Origin: Pseudobdellovibrionaceae bacterium
GTDB lineage: Bacteria; Bdellovibrionota; Bdellovibrionia; Bdellovibrionales; Bdellovibrionaceae
Reading direction: 5' to 3'
Assembly: GCA_044359815.1 (NCBI GenBank)
Contig: JBIKLL010000029.1
Span: 1 to 27,868 of the forward strand
DNA length: 27,868 bases
The position numbers and the translations under genes are program-made. This document shows, piece after piece, positions 18,368-26,807 of this stretch (position 1 is its first letter; each line of letters starts with the position of its first letter). The notes beneath the pieces are model-generated. The model saw nothing but the letters and a program-made list of their open reading frames with translations. It was not told the DNA's origin and searched no databases.

Positions 18368-19141
18368 ATGGCGAAAATTCGTGTTTACGATATCCCTATC
18401 AGAATTTTTCATTGGCTCTTGGTTTGCTTGTTTTTGTTTAGTTTTGTCGTCGCCAAGACTTTTGATGATGAACAGTTAATATTTTCCTATCACATGTTAA
18501 GCGGGTTATTGTTGTCGTTTGCACTGGGGTACCGGATTGCATGGGGATTGGTTGGTGGGCATTTTTCAAGGTTCAGGCATTTTCAATTTTCATTAAGCAG
18601 TCTGATAAACTATTTTAAAACAGTCACTGATAAAAACGCAGTCAAATATTTAGGTCACAATCCAGCATCCAGTTGGATGACCGTTGCTGTGTTTGTTTGT
18701 GTGATTGGATTGGTTAGCACCGGATACATGATGACTACTGGACTCAAAGAAGATTTTGAGGATATTCACGAAATATTTGCCATTGCTTTTTTGGTTTTAG
18801 GGATTGCTCATATATTGGGAATGCTAGTTTATTGGTTTTTCAAAAAGGATTTTATTTTTTCCAGCATGATCGATGGCAAAAAAACCACTGTTAACATTGA
18901 TCAGAAAATCCCATCGGATCTGATGGCTGGGCAAAAGCCCCATTGGGTGTCGGCAGTGGTTTTTGTTTTATATGTGTTTTCTGCCGCTCAGTTTTTAAAA
19001 AATAATTTTGATCCAAATACCAGAATCTTAAATTTATTTGGCACTCAATTAACATTGGGCGAAGGCGAAGCTGAAAATGAAGGGCAAGAAGCTCAAGGTG
19101 ATCATTCAGATAAAGATTCAGACAGTTCGGACGAAGACTAG
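18368..19141 (+). CDS. Cytochrome b (Ni-hydrogenase-type/b561-like) membrane protein
   Basis: YDIPIRIFHW, H..SG, RIAWG, GHNP, EDIHE, HILG, SMIDGKK; acidic tail. Confidence 0.88.
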   Translation: MAKIRVYDIPIRIFHWLLVCLFLFSFVVAKTFDDEQLIFSYHMLSGLLLSFALGYRIAWGLVGGHFSRFRHFQFSLSSLINYFKTVTDKNAVKYLGHNPASSWMTVAVFVCVIGLVSTGYMMTTGLKEDFEDIHEIFAIAFLVLGIAHILGMLVYWFFKKDFIFSSMIDGKKTTVNIDQKIPSDLMAGQKPHWVSAVVFVLYVFSAAQFLKNNFDPNTRILNLFGTQLTLGEGEAENEGQEAQGDHSDKDSDSSDED

Positions 19142-19156
19142 GCGAGGACTAAGTCA

Positions 19157-19180
19157 ATCTGACTCATTGCTGGGTCAGAT
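19157..19180. terminator. Hairpin between convergent genes, possible bidirectional terminator
   Basis: ATCTGACTCA-TTGC-TGGGTCAGAT; the loop reads GCAA on the minus strand; U-tracts are weak. Confidence 0.45.
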
Positions 19181-19189
19181 AAATTAAAT

Positions 19190-19675
19190 TTATTTGCAAT
19201 CGACTTCAGCTTTAAGCTTTTTTATAAAAACATATTTAGGATGAGTCACAGTCCCGTGGTTTACTTTTTCGACAACATAATATTTCATTGCCAGGTTCGT
19301 AACAGTTTTGCCTGAATCTGTGGTTACATACATTTCAACCTGTTTTTTATCTTCAGAAACAAGTTCGTGGTCATAACTATAATTTATTTTTAATACGGGT
19401 TGAATGGCCTGTAAGTAAAAAACATTCATATAGGAGGCAATCCAAAAATACTGTTCTCCATTTTTGCCAGGAATTCTTGTGTCATGAAGTCTGATAAAAT
19501 TATCAGACAAATCCAAATCGACCTTGCAGTTGTTAATTTGAAAATTTTGATTTCGCAAAGACTCTGCGATAGCTAATTTAATATCAGTTGTTCTGTTAGT
19601 GTCTTTGATTTCTGACCACTGCGCTTGAGCGCTGATTCCAGTAGCTAAAATTAACGATAAAACTAAAAACTTCAT
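19190..19675 (-). CDS. Hypothetical secreted protein
   Basis: Signal peptide ending AQA; GAGGGGG SD. Confidence 0.75.
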   Translation of the reverse strand: MKFLVLSLILATGISAQAQWSEIKDTNRTTDIKLAIAESLRNQNFQINNCKVDLDLSDNFIRLHDTRIPGKNGEQYFWIASYMNVFYLQAIQPVLKINYSYDHELVSEDKKQVEMYVTTDSGKTVTNLAMKYYVVEKVNHGTVTHPKYVFIKKLKAEVDCK

Positions 19676-19892
19676 TGTTCCCCCTCTGTTAAGTTTTCAG
19701 ATTAAACCGCAGATTATTTTTAAAACCAAGTCTGTATGGGAATCTGGATACAGGTAGTCATTAACTATATGTTCTTAGAAATTGTAATGAAAGTCTTAGA
19801 CCAATTGGCGGTCCGTAATTTTAAGTAGGCGGGTAGGAAGCTTGAGTGAAAATGGGCTTCCCTTTTTTGATTAAATATATATCCTAGATCTT

Positions 19893-20603
19893 ATGAAAAA
19901 CTTAATATTGATTGGATTTTTAGTATTTGGATTTGAACTGACGGTTTTTGCAAATACGACGCAGAAATTTTATGGCAAAGCCACCCGGGATGGAAAGCTG
20001 ATCTACACCGAAAACCACCAGGCACAGTTTGATAAATCAGGTCAGATTCAGTCAGCAAAGACCGAATATTTAAATCCTGAAGGCAAGCTGATTGCCACAT
20101 TGAAATCTGATTTTTCCAAGAGCATAACGGCCCCCAGCCATGATTTTGAGGATCTGCGCTTTGCCCACAAACATGGAATCAGGTACACAGATAAAGGGAT
20201 TGAATTGTATTCGCAAGAAGGCAGCGAAAAGGAGCAAACCAAATTGATTTCATCCAAGGATAAATCAGATGGCTTGTTGGTGGGCTGTCAGGGTTTGGGT
20301 TATTATTTTAGGGATCATTTGGATCAGATTAAAAATTCTAAGGTTGTGCCCATTTTGTTTTTAATCCCGGGCAGTTTGGACACCTATGATTTTGAATTGG
20401 TTTATAAAAGCATCGATGAAAAAACCGGTCTTGAAAAAATGCGGATCAATATCAAAAATTGGTTTTTGCGATTGTTTGCCCCGCATTTGGATATCGAATA
20501 TGATCCTAAGACCAAGCGAATGGTTAGTTACAAGGGGTTATCGAATCTGTACGATGATAACAAAAAACAACAAAACGTCGATATACAGTATATCTGGGAA
20601 TAG
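19893..20603 (+). CDS. Hypothetical secreted protein
   Basis: Signal peptide ending VFA; 236-aa ORF whose stop abuts the stop of the convergent DsbA gene. Confidence 0.8.
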   Translation: MKNLILIGFLVFGFELTVFANTTQKFYGKATRDGKLIYTENHQAQFDKSGQIQSAKTEYLNPEGKLIATLKSDFSKSITAPSHDFEDLRFAHKHGIRYTDKGIELYSQEGSEKEQTKLISSKDKSDGLLVGCQGLGYYFRDHLDQIKNSKVVPILFLIPGSLDTYDFELVYKSIDEKTGLEKMRINIKNWFLRLFAPHLDIEYDPKTKRMVSYKGLSNLYDDNKKQQNVDIQYIWE

Positions 20604-21263
20604 CTACTGCTTCAAGGCCGCTTCGATAGACGCCCTTAGGGGGGCGTCGCCCAGTTCGCGGACGTATTGACCGTTTACGAAAAATGACGGTGTTCCTCGG
20701 ACACCCACTTGTTCACCGTCTTTTTGGTCTTGATCAATTTTGTGGCCGTGCTTTTTGATCACAGTGTTGGGATCAAGCTTATCCGCAGGTATCCCCAGTT
20801 TAGCTAAAATTTTAGGAACCAGCTCAGGTTTGGGATTGTGGTGATCTGCCCATTCGGGTTGTGTTTCATACATTAGATCCAAAGCTTGATCGAACTTTCC
20901 CAGTTCACGGGCTTCCTCTAAAACCGAGGCGGCATACATAGAATTTTTGTGATAGGGCATGTACCTTAAAACAAAGTGAACTTGGTCCTGATAGGATTCT
21001 TTGATTTTTTTAAACACAGGGTGAAAGGCACGGCAGGATTCACATTCAGGATCAAACCATTCAACAACCTGAACCTTGGCCATCATGGGTCCATAGGTAG
21101 GACTGTGGGGTCTGACAAACATTGCGGGATCCACCATGGATTGAACAGACGTAGCTGATTGAGTTTGTGTGGTTTCAGCTGAATTATTGGATTGCATGCT
21201 GACAACGGCAAATAATCCCAATGCAATGGCAACTGAAGCAATAATAAATATTTTGTTTTTCAT
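20604..21263 (-). CDS. dsbA: DsbA/BdbD-like thiol-disulfide oxidoreductase
   Basis: N-terminal anchor; FDPECESC (CXXC); GVRGTPSFFVNG cis-Pro loop. Confidence 0.88.
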   Translation of the reverse strand: MKNKIFIIASVAIALGLFAVVSMQSNNSAETTQTQSATSVQSMVDPAMFVRPHSPTYGPMMAKVQVVEWFDPECESCRAFHPVFKKIKESYQDQVHFVLRYMPYHKNSMYAASVLEEARELGKFDQALDLMYETQPEWADHHNPKPELVPKILAKLGIPADKLDPNTVIKKHGHKIDQDQKDGEQVGVRGTPSFFVNGQYVRELGDAPLRASIEAALKQ

Positions 21264-21685
21264 TTTGGACCTTTCTTAAGCTGAATTAAATCAAAAATTA
21301 AAAGTGTTACAAACGACAACATAGACATCAATGGAATGGTGATAAAACCAAAAAGTTCTAATTGTTTTGCCGAGCAAGAAACTTCCTTTGTACAAGGGAT
21401 CAGAGGTGTTGATATAAAATCATAATACAATAAATTATGATAGACCGACAGGCACAGGCCCGCAGCGATTAATGGCACTGAATATTTTCTGTAACCCGTA
21501 TCACCAGTCCAAATAGCCGCGCCGTAAATTATTAAAAGAGGGTACAAACAGATCCGCTGGTACCAACACAGATTACAGGGTGGAAATTTTAATATTTCGC
21601 TAAAATAAAGACTGCCCAGAGTTCCGGATAAAGCGATTAAAAAATTTAAATTCAAAGTCTGTGGCATATCAGTCCTGGTTGTCAT
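21260..21685 (-). CDS. dsbB: Disulfide bond formation protein B (BdbC-like)
   Basis: GSLYFSE, PCNLCWYQRI, second Cys pair PC....SC, FITIP; 4-bp overlap with dsbA. Confidence 0.9.
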   Translation of the reverse strand: MTTRTDMPQTLNLNFLIALSGTLGSLYFSEILKFPPCNLCWYQRICLYPLLIIYGAAIWTGDTGYRKYSVPLIAAGLCLSVYHNLLYYDFISTPLIPCTKEVSCSAKQLELFGFITIPLMSMLSFVTLLIFDLIQLKKGPK

Positions 21686-21692
21686 TCGGAGC

Positions 21693-21727
21693 TATACCAG
21701 TAACAGTTTTTAATTGTTACTGGTATA
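21693..21727. promoter_or_regulatory. Perfect 13-bp inverted repeat just upstream of dsbB, candidate operator
   Basis: TATACCAGTAACA-N9-TGTTACTGGTATA, 7 bp from the dsbB ATG. Confidence 0.5.
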
Positions 21728-21765
21728 AAAAATCTGATTCAACCAATGACAGCAAAACAAAAAAA

Positions 21766-22032
21766 TCAGTCAAAAATTTCTTCTAGGAATGATTTTTTGC
21801 GTTTGTATTTATAGTCTGAATGGCCATGGCCGTATTGGTTGTAGTTAGGTGCAGGGTGTGACGCCTGTTGAGGCGCGGGGGGAGGGGAAGCTAAGGCATT
21901 GGCTTTTTCGATAATTTTATCCAACTCTCCACGATCCAGCCAGACGCCTCTGCAATCAGGGCAGTAATCAATTTCGACGCCGTTTCGCTCTGACATTGTT
22001 AGGTTGGTAGTTTTGCAAACAGGACATTTCAT
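21766..22032 (-). CDS. zf-TFIIB domain protein
   Basis: MKCPVC...GVEIDYCPDCRGVWLDRGELDKI...KKSFLEEIFD. Confidence 0.92.
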   Translation of the reverse strand: MKCPVCKTTNLTMSERNGVEIDYCPDCRGVWLDRGELDKIIEKANALASPPPAPQQASHPAPNYNQYGHGHSDYKYKRKKSFLEEIFD

Positions 22033-22108
22033 GGGTAACCTCGCTTTTAATAATTATACGATTTCTGTGTGCATTGTATAATCGATAATAAGCTGGAGTT
22101 GTATTGCG

Positions 22109-22224
22109 AAAAGAGACCGTATTACTTTTTCTGTCTACAGGGCATAAATTAAAACTTAGATCCTTCAACAGGTTTTTAGGGACTTTTCTGCGCCGTAGAC
22201 AGAAAAAGTAATACGGTCTCTTTT
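22109..22224. repeat. Inverted repeat with perfect 30-bp arms and a 56-bp imperfectly paired core
   Basis: AAAAGAGACCGTATTACTTTTTCTGTCTAC (22109-22138) is the reverse complement of 22195-22224. Confidence 0.93.
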
Positions 22225-22228
22225 GCGG

Positions 22229-22585
22229 TTAGTATTCTTTGCCCCGCTTAAGCCACATGTCGTGGATTTCGTCCCAACTGGGGACTGTGGCGGATTCATA
22301 GCCAAAGGTTTTACCCGTGGCGATTTTTTTAAAGGCCTTGATGGCTTTCATATGGGCGCCGCTGTAAATGTAGGCTTTCATATGGTCTTTAGATTCCCAA
22401 ACCGTCAGGGTGTGTTGAATCCCGTTAATTTTTTTGACCTCTGAAATCAGAATGCCGGGGGCAGAATCTGATTGCATTTTGCTGGGGATAGCAAAACGCC
22501 AAAACAGAATTGTTGACCAAAAATTTTTTGGCTTCAGTCCCGTGATCGAAACATAGAATTTTGCAGGCAATGGTTTTTTAGACAT
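22229..22585 (-). CDS. DUF3291/antibiotic-biosynthesis-monooxygenase-like protein
   Basis: VSITGL...APG...HTLTVWESKDHMKAYIYSGAHMKA...PSWDE. Confidence 0.7.
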   Translation of the reverse strand: MSKKPLPAKFYVSITGLKPKNFWSTILFWRFAIPSKMQSDSAPGILISEVKKINGIQHTLTVWESKDHMKAYIYSGAHMKAIKAFKKIATGKTFGYESATVPSWDEIHDMWLKRGKEY

Positions 22586-22618
22586 TTAAAGCTTCCTTTC
22601 TGCGTAATCCTGGTTCAA

Positions 22619-23359
22619 TCAGTTACTTTCCGCCAGGATTTCAAGCAGGTCGATAAATAAATTAATAATGTCGAGGTAAATGTTTAGTGAAATATTAATG
22701 GCTGTGGACCAACTGTCATCACCAGCTTTTTGTTCAAGTCTGTTAAAATCATATAGCAGATAAAGAGTAAAAACGATTGCCCCGATGTAAGCCCTTATCA
22801 GTGAAACCATTTTTGATTTAATAAAAAAAGCATTTATAAGCCCCATGACCACAAGCATGAGTAAGGCAACAAACAAAAATCCGCCTAAGAAATCAAAATT
22901 GATATCCGTTGTGAACACCAAGCAAGCTGTCGAGATCACGGCAAGGGCGGTACCCAAAAAAGCCAGCATGATCGTGTTTTGCCATTCGCTGTGATAATCC
23001 AATTTATCAAAAACTTGTTCAAATTTTGCCAGTTGTTCAGGCGTGGCATGTTGCCCTTTTTTTAATGGAGTACCGCTGTCTTTCAAAAACTTGCGCAGTT
23101 TAAAGCGAGCTCCAAGATGTTCGATGGTTGGGCCAATGCTCCAACCGATGGCCAAAGAAAACGCTCCAAGTAAAACCAGATTGAGTGGAAACTGATCTGA
23201 AAATCCCATCACAGCAAACAGCAGGGCAAAAGTTCCTATCAATGTTAACCAAAACTCAATTGCCGTTTCATAGACACGATTTATTTTAGCAGTGACCGCA
23301 GTTAACAGCAGCATCGCGCCAACAATCATGAATGTTCGAGCAAACAGAATATCGATCAT
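22619..23359 (-). CDS. Bax inhibitor-1/YccA family membrane protein
   Basis: About 7 TM; LLYDFNRL and NIYLDIINLFIDLL di-aspartate signature. Confidence 0.9.
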   Translation of the reverse strand: MIDILFARTFMIVGAMLLLTAVTAKINRVYETAIEFWLTLIGTFALLFAVMGFSDQFPLNLVLLGAFSLAIGWSIGPTIEHLGARFKLRKFLKDSGTPLKKGQHATPEQLAKFEQVFDKLDYHSEWQNTIMLAFLGTALAVISTACLVFTTDINFDFLGGFLFVALLMLVVMGLINAFFIKSKMVSLIRAYIGAIVFTLYLLYDFNRLEQKAGDDSWSTAINISLNIYLDIINLFIDLLEILAESN

Positions 23360-23681
23360 TTATTCCCCCCAATAAGATAATGGTAAACAATGAAAAGCTA
23401 GGGTCAAGGTCGTTAAGGGCTTTCGGCAAAAGTAATGGCATTAAAGTATTTGGTCCGAAACCAGTCCGAAGTCCGATGGGAATAATTGAATGCATTCAAA
23501 CACTTGTAGAAAAATAGAAATATAAATAAGACGTGATTTTAGAGGTTAGAATGCAGTTCAAAAAAACTAAAATAAATCTGTTTGCAAATGTTTGTAAGGA
23601 GCTTGTGAAGCAACTGAAAAATCAATTGATCTTTAATTTTTCAAAGACAATAGAAACTCGATTATTTAGTACAGATCGTTC

Positions 23682-23717
23682 TTGCAAATTTATAAAATGT
23701 ACGGTAAATTACAGTAC
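23682..23717 (+). promoter_or_regulatory. Promoter with palindromic operator upstream of the toxin-relic/XRE module
   Basis: TTGCAA(23682-87)-17-TAAATT(23705-10). GTACGGTAAATTACAGTAC (23699-23717) is palindromic at 8/9 positions and covers the -10. Confidence 0.55.
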
Positions 23718-23732
23718 CAATGGGGGTGTGAT

Positions 23733-23786
23733 TTGAGTCCCCATAAAATCCTCACAGAGGTTGAGGTGAACAAACATGAATACTAG
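23733..23786 (+). pseudogene. Internally deleted HigB/RelE-like toxin relic (17 codons)
   Basis: GGGGG SD, TTG start, MSPHKILTEVEVNKHEY*, overlapping the start of the XRE gene. EVNKHEY resembles C-termini I recall for HigB-type toxins. Confidence 0.55.
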
Positions 23787-24078
23787 AAGACTGAAAAACG
23801 TTTTAGAAAAAAATCTTGGTCCTTTGACTTTTGGCAGTTTTTTGCGAGGAGCTCGTGTCAGTAAAGATATGAGTCAAACGGAAATGGCGAAATTTCTTGG
23901 GATCTCAAAAAGTTCTCTCTGTGACATCGAAAAAGGACGCCAGTTCGTAACACCAACTCTTGCAGCCAAGATCGCTAAAAAATGTGGCCTTTCAATAATA
24001 GTCGCTGTAGAGGCTTCGCTCAACGATCAGCTCCGCCGCGCGGGTTTAAATCTGATTAGTGAAGTGAAGGCATCGTAG
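23776..24078 (+). CDS. XRE-family HTH protein (HigA-like antitoxin)
   Basis: GPLTFGSFLR...MSQTEMAKFLGISKSSLCDIEKGR...AAKIAKKCG; GAGGTG SD. Confidence 0.88.
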   Translation: MNTRRLKNVLEKNLGPLTFGSFLRGARVSKDMSQTEMAKFLGISKSSLCDIEKGRQFVTPTLAAKIAKKCGLSIIVAVEASLNDQLRRAGLNLISEVKAS

Positions 24079-24208
24079 TTTTTCCGTGATTTTCTTGATC
24101 GAGCTTAGGCTGGGTCAAAAAATTTGACATATAAAGCTAAGCTCGGAAAAAGTTATTTTACTCTAAATGCAATCTGATATTGTAGTCTTTCGACGAAAGG
24201 CTCAAAAG

Positions 24209-24694
24209 GTGAAAAAGTGGATTGCCTTGTTGGTTTTTGTTGTTTTTTGTGTTTCCGCTTCGGCATTTGTGTATAGCAACTTGCTTGACCACGATGATCT
24301 AGAGTTTCAAATTAAAGACAATGAAAATGGTGTGGCAGTTGGATCTGGATTACTAAACGAGGATCCTTGGGAGTCCTACAACCAATGGCAGTGTTTTGAA
24401 TTAGAGAAAACAAAATTTGATTGTGCGGAATATGATTACGGTAAATTAGTTCCAAGCATCAGGGTTGAAAGTAAAGAGGGGATTAGGCTCTTTGATACCC
24501 ATGTAGAGGATAAGCTCAATTGTTTACAAACACTGACTGTCTGGCGCAATTTAGTAAATGGTGGCAGAGAAATCTGTATTTTTGCGGCTCAAATGCCTGA
24601 TGTTGATTTGGGTACAGATCAGGATAAGCCGCAGTCGCTATGGTATATAACAAAGCTAAAAGGGGTTGGCGGCTATTGGATTTTGACCGACTAA
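24209..24694 (+). CDS. Hypothetical exported protein
   Basis: ORF 24167-24694. GTG 24209 with an AAAGG SD gives an MKKWIALL...ASA signal peptide; several Cys. Confidence 0.65.
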   Translation: MKKWIALLVFVVFCVSASAFVYSNLLDHDDLEFQIKDNENGVAVGSGLLNEDPWESYNQWQCFELEKTKFDCAEYDYGKLVPSIRVESKEGIRLFDTHVEDKLNCLQTLTVWRNLVNGGREICIFAAQMPDVDLGTDQDKPQSLWYITKLKGVGGYWILTD

Positions 24695-24846
24695 GGCTCT
24701 GGCCTCGATCCTATGAGGCTTCGGTAAAAGGCAGGTCTGCAGTTTCCTAGTTTTCTTAGGTGTCATCTTTGGCCAGAAATTAATTGTTTACATATATATT
24801 AATATAGGATATATTTAAATATAGCTTACACCAAAGAGGTGTTTTT

Positions 24847-25161
24847 GTGGGTAAAAAAATGATGGATGTTTTAGATGAATTGGTTCCTCAGGGGGCGACT
24901 TCGGGCGAGATGCTTAGGGCCCTTAGAAAGCGCGAGGGATTAACGCTTGAGGCAATGGAAAAGATCACAGGCATTCGTGATAACAATTTAAGTGCGATCG
25001 AAAATGGTCGTATAGAGATGAGTCAGCATTATGCCGAAGTTTTTGCCGCAGCACTTGATGTGCATCCGATGATATTTTTGTATCCTAACGGAAAGTTCGA
25101 GAAAACTTCAGACCTTTTGAAGATTGAAAAGCGAGCTGCGAAGTTTCGCAAACACGGTTAG
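24847..25161 (+). CDS. XRE-family HTH protein (solo antitoxin-like)
   Basis: GEMLRALRKREGLTL...TGIRDNNLSAIENGR...FAAALDVHP; GAGGTG SD; no toxin ORF adjacent. Confidence 0.88.
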   Translation: MGKKMMDVLDELVPQGATSGEMLRALRKREGLTLEAMEKITGIRDNNLSAIENGRIEMSQHYAEVFAAALDVHPMIFLYPNGKFEKTSDLLKIEKRAAKFRKHG

Positions 25162-25408
25162 CGATGCAAATCATTTGCTTAAGTAAAATTACCACTGGGT
25201 GGGGTAGCCTCTCCAAGGGGTTGGCGGCTATTGGAATATGACCGATGATGCTGAATAAGATCAAAATATCCCATTCGATCAGCCAAAAACCGTCACTGCC
25301 GTCAAAAATTTGATCATCTAAAAACTACCTGTCAAAAACCTTACAGTGTTTTTTTTTTCGCGTAGATTTGGTTCTTCATTTAGAAACCTACAAAGGAAGG
25401 GAAATTAT

Positions 25409-26248
25409 ATGATGAAGCTTATGATGATGGTGTCGATGGTGGTAATGACCGCCCAGTTCGCAAACGCCGCTGATGCAAAGACGATTGCTGCATGCTTGAG
25501 GATTGAATCGGAAAGTGGATTATGTGAAAAACACCAATACGACGTAAATAAGGTAAGTGCAGAAAGAAGATGTTATGTGATGGTGCATGGGTATGAGGGC
25601 GGATTTTTAGATTATCTTGAGGATTTTCATAGGAGTAATTATCCTGAAAAAAAGGATTTCTGTGTAGAAAATGAAACTTGGTTATTCAGTCTAGCGGATA
25701 AGTTGAATGCAGCTATGAAGAGTTGTACTGAAAAAATCAAGAATGTAGTTGTTATTAAAAAAGTAATGTTACCTTCTTTCTATCCCGAATCTGAAGAAGT
25801 CACCTATAAGCCTTTTCAGAACATAGATATCGATTACAGTAGATACTCCGGAGGTATCGATGTAGAAACAGAAATATGCAAACCTGATAAATTCATTGAC
25901 ACAGTGATTAATATTGGTTGGCCGTCAATCATGAAAAATTCGAAAAAATATTTAAGTGAAGCGACAGCTGAAATTAGTGAAAGAGCTAATATAGCTGTGC
26001 CTGCTGCTAGAGACTGTTTGAATCATATTATGAATGATAAACAAAAATTATTTTTTAATTTATATGGCTTGAGTGAAAAAGGGTACTACGGAGAACGATT
26101 TCAATTTTGCAAAAGTGTTACATCAAATTTTAGGAAACCATACTCTCCTGATTATTTAAATTGTATGGAAGATCTGATTATTGGTGGATATAATAGACAA
26201 GAGGCAAAAGAGGCTTGCGCCAAATCCAATCACAAATCATTAGAATAG
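25409..26248 (+). CDS. Hypothetical secreted Cys-rich protein
   Basis: ATG 25409 after an AGGAAGG SD; signal peptide ending ANA; 10 Cys in the mature region; visibly AT-rich. Confidence 0.75.
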   Translation: MMKLMMMVSMVVMTAQFANAADAKTIAACLRIESESGLCEKHQYDVNKVSAERRCYVMVHGYEGGFLDYLEDFHRSNYPEKKDFCVENETWLFSLADKLNAAMKSCTEKIKNVVVIKKVMLPSFYPESEEVTYKPFQNIDIDYSRYSGGIDVETEICKPDKFIDTVINIGWPSIMKNSKKYLSEATAEISERANIAVPAARDCLNHIMNDKQKLFFNLYGLSEKGYYGERFQFCKSVTSNFRKPYSPDYLNCMEDLIIGGYNRQEAKEACAKSNHKSLE

Positions 26249-26272
26249 TTTTTATTAAATCAAATTAAGTTT

Positions 26273-26298
26273 CCATCACTCCCGCGAGGGAGTGATGG
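26273..26298. terminator. GC-rich hairpin, probable terminator
   Basis: CCATCACTCCC-GCGA-GGGAGTGATGG (11-bp stem, GNRA loop), 25 bp after the stop codon. Confidence 0.6.
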
Positions 26299-26383
26299 GG
26301 ATTATCCAAGAATCAAAATCAATTTCAAAATTTTCAATTCGTAACCACAGCAAACAAACGGGGCAGTATATTTATTAGGGTGG

Positions 26384-26402
26384 TGGCGTCCCTGCGGGGA
26401 TT
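26384..26402 (-). repeat. Diverged tRNA-Glu 3'-end copy (att-like relic)
   Basis: TGGCGTCCCTGCGGGGATT vs tRNA 27415-27433 TGGCGTCCCCAAGGGGATT (16/19). Confidence 0.7.
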
Positions 26403-26489
26403 GTCTCGGGATCCGCGCGATCTGCTCAGTCGAGCTTCGCATCCTCGCGCTCCGCGCCGTTTTCTCAGTCTTAGGTTTTCGGCAGAGGG

Positions 26490-26807
26490 TTAAGCTACCT
26501 CAATTTTGAGGTCAACGTCTGGATGCAGTCGAGCCAAGAATTTAACCAAACGATCAATCGTAAACTCTTCGAAATGATAATGGACGACCTTGCTAACCAA
26601 AGCCTCGCTTTCATAAAGTTTCGCAGCAAGCGCTCGCTGGGAAAGTTTGTGATCATTCATATAGACTACAATTTCTTTGCAAATGGAGTGTTTGATTCTG
26701 TCAACAGCAGAAGCATTTTCAGCAAGCGGCTTGGAGGCCATGCCTTTGGATAGCTCTTTTCTTATTTTCTTGAGTTGCTTCTCTGATGGAAAATTATTTT
26801 TTTTCAT
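26490..26807 (-). CDS. XRE/HTH antitoxin-like protein
   Basis: LSQRALAAKL.ESEALVSKVV..HFEEFTIDRLVKFL; overlaps the upstream ORF by 14 bp. Confidence 0.85.
   Translation of the reverse strand: MKKNNFPSEKQLKKIRKELSKGMASKPLAENASAVDRIKHSICKEIVVYMNDHKLSQRALAAKLYESEALVSKVVHYHFEEFTIDRLVKFLARLHPDVDLKIEVA

Noticed and set aside
20598..20609. Zero-gap convergent stops (TAG|CTA)
   Set aside because: Abutting convergent stops are common in compact genomes.
2888..22444. Numerous 60-108-aa ORFs nested in or antisense to long genes (e.g. 4019-4282, 6464-6757, 14103-14411, 15922-16248, 16283-16609, 22223-22444)
   Set aside because: They are shadows of well-supported CDSs with no recognisable motifs.
23286..23736. 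ORFs 23286-23495, 23332-23517 and 23533-23736 as real genes or as the missing toxin
   Set aside because: They have no motifs; 23533-23736 runs through the promoter/operator and is in a different frame from the EVNKHEY relic.
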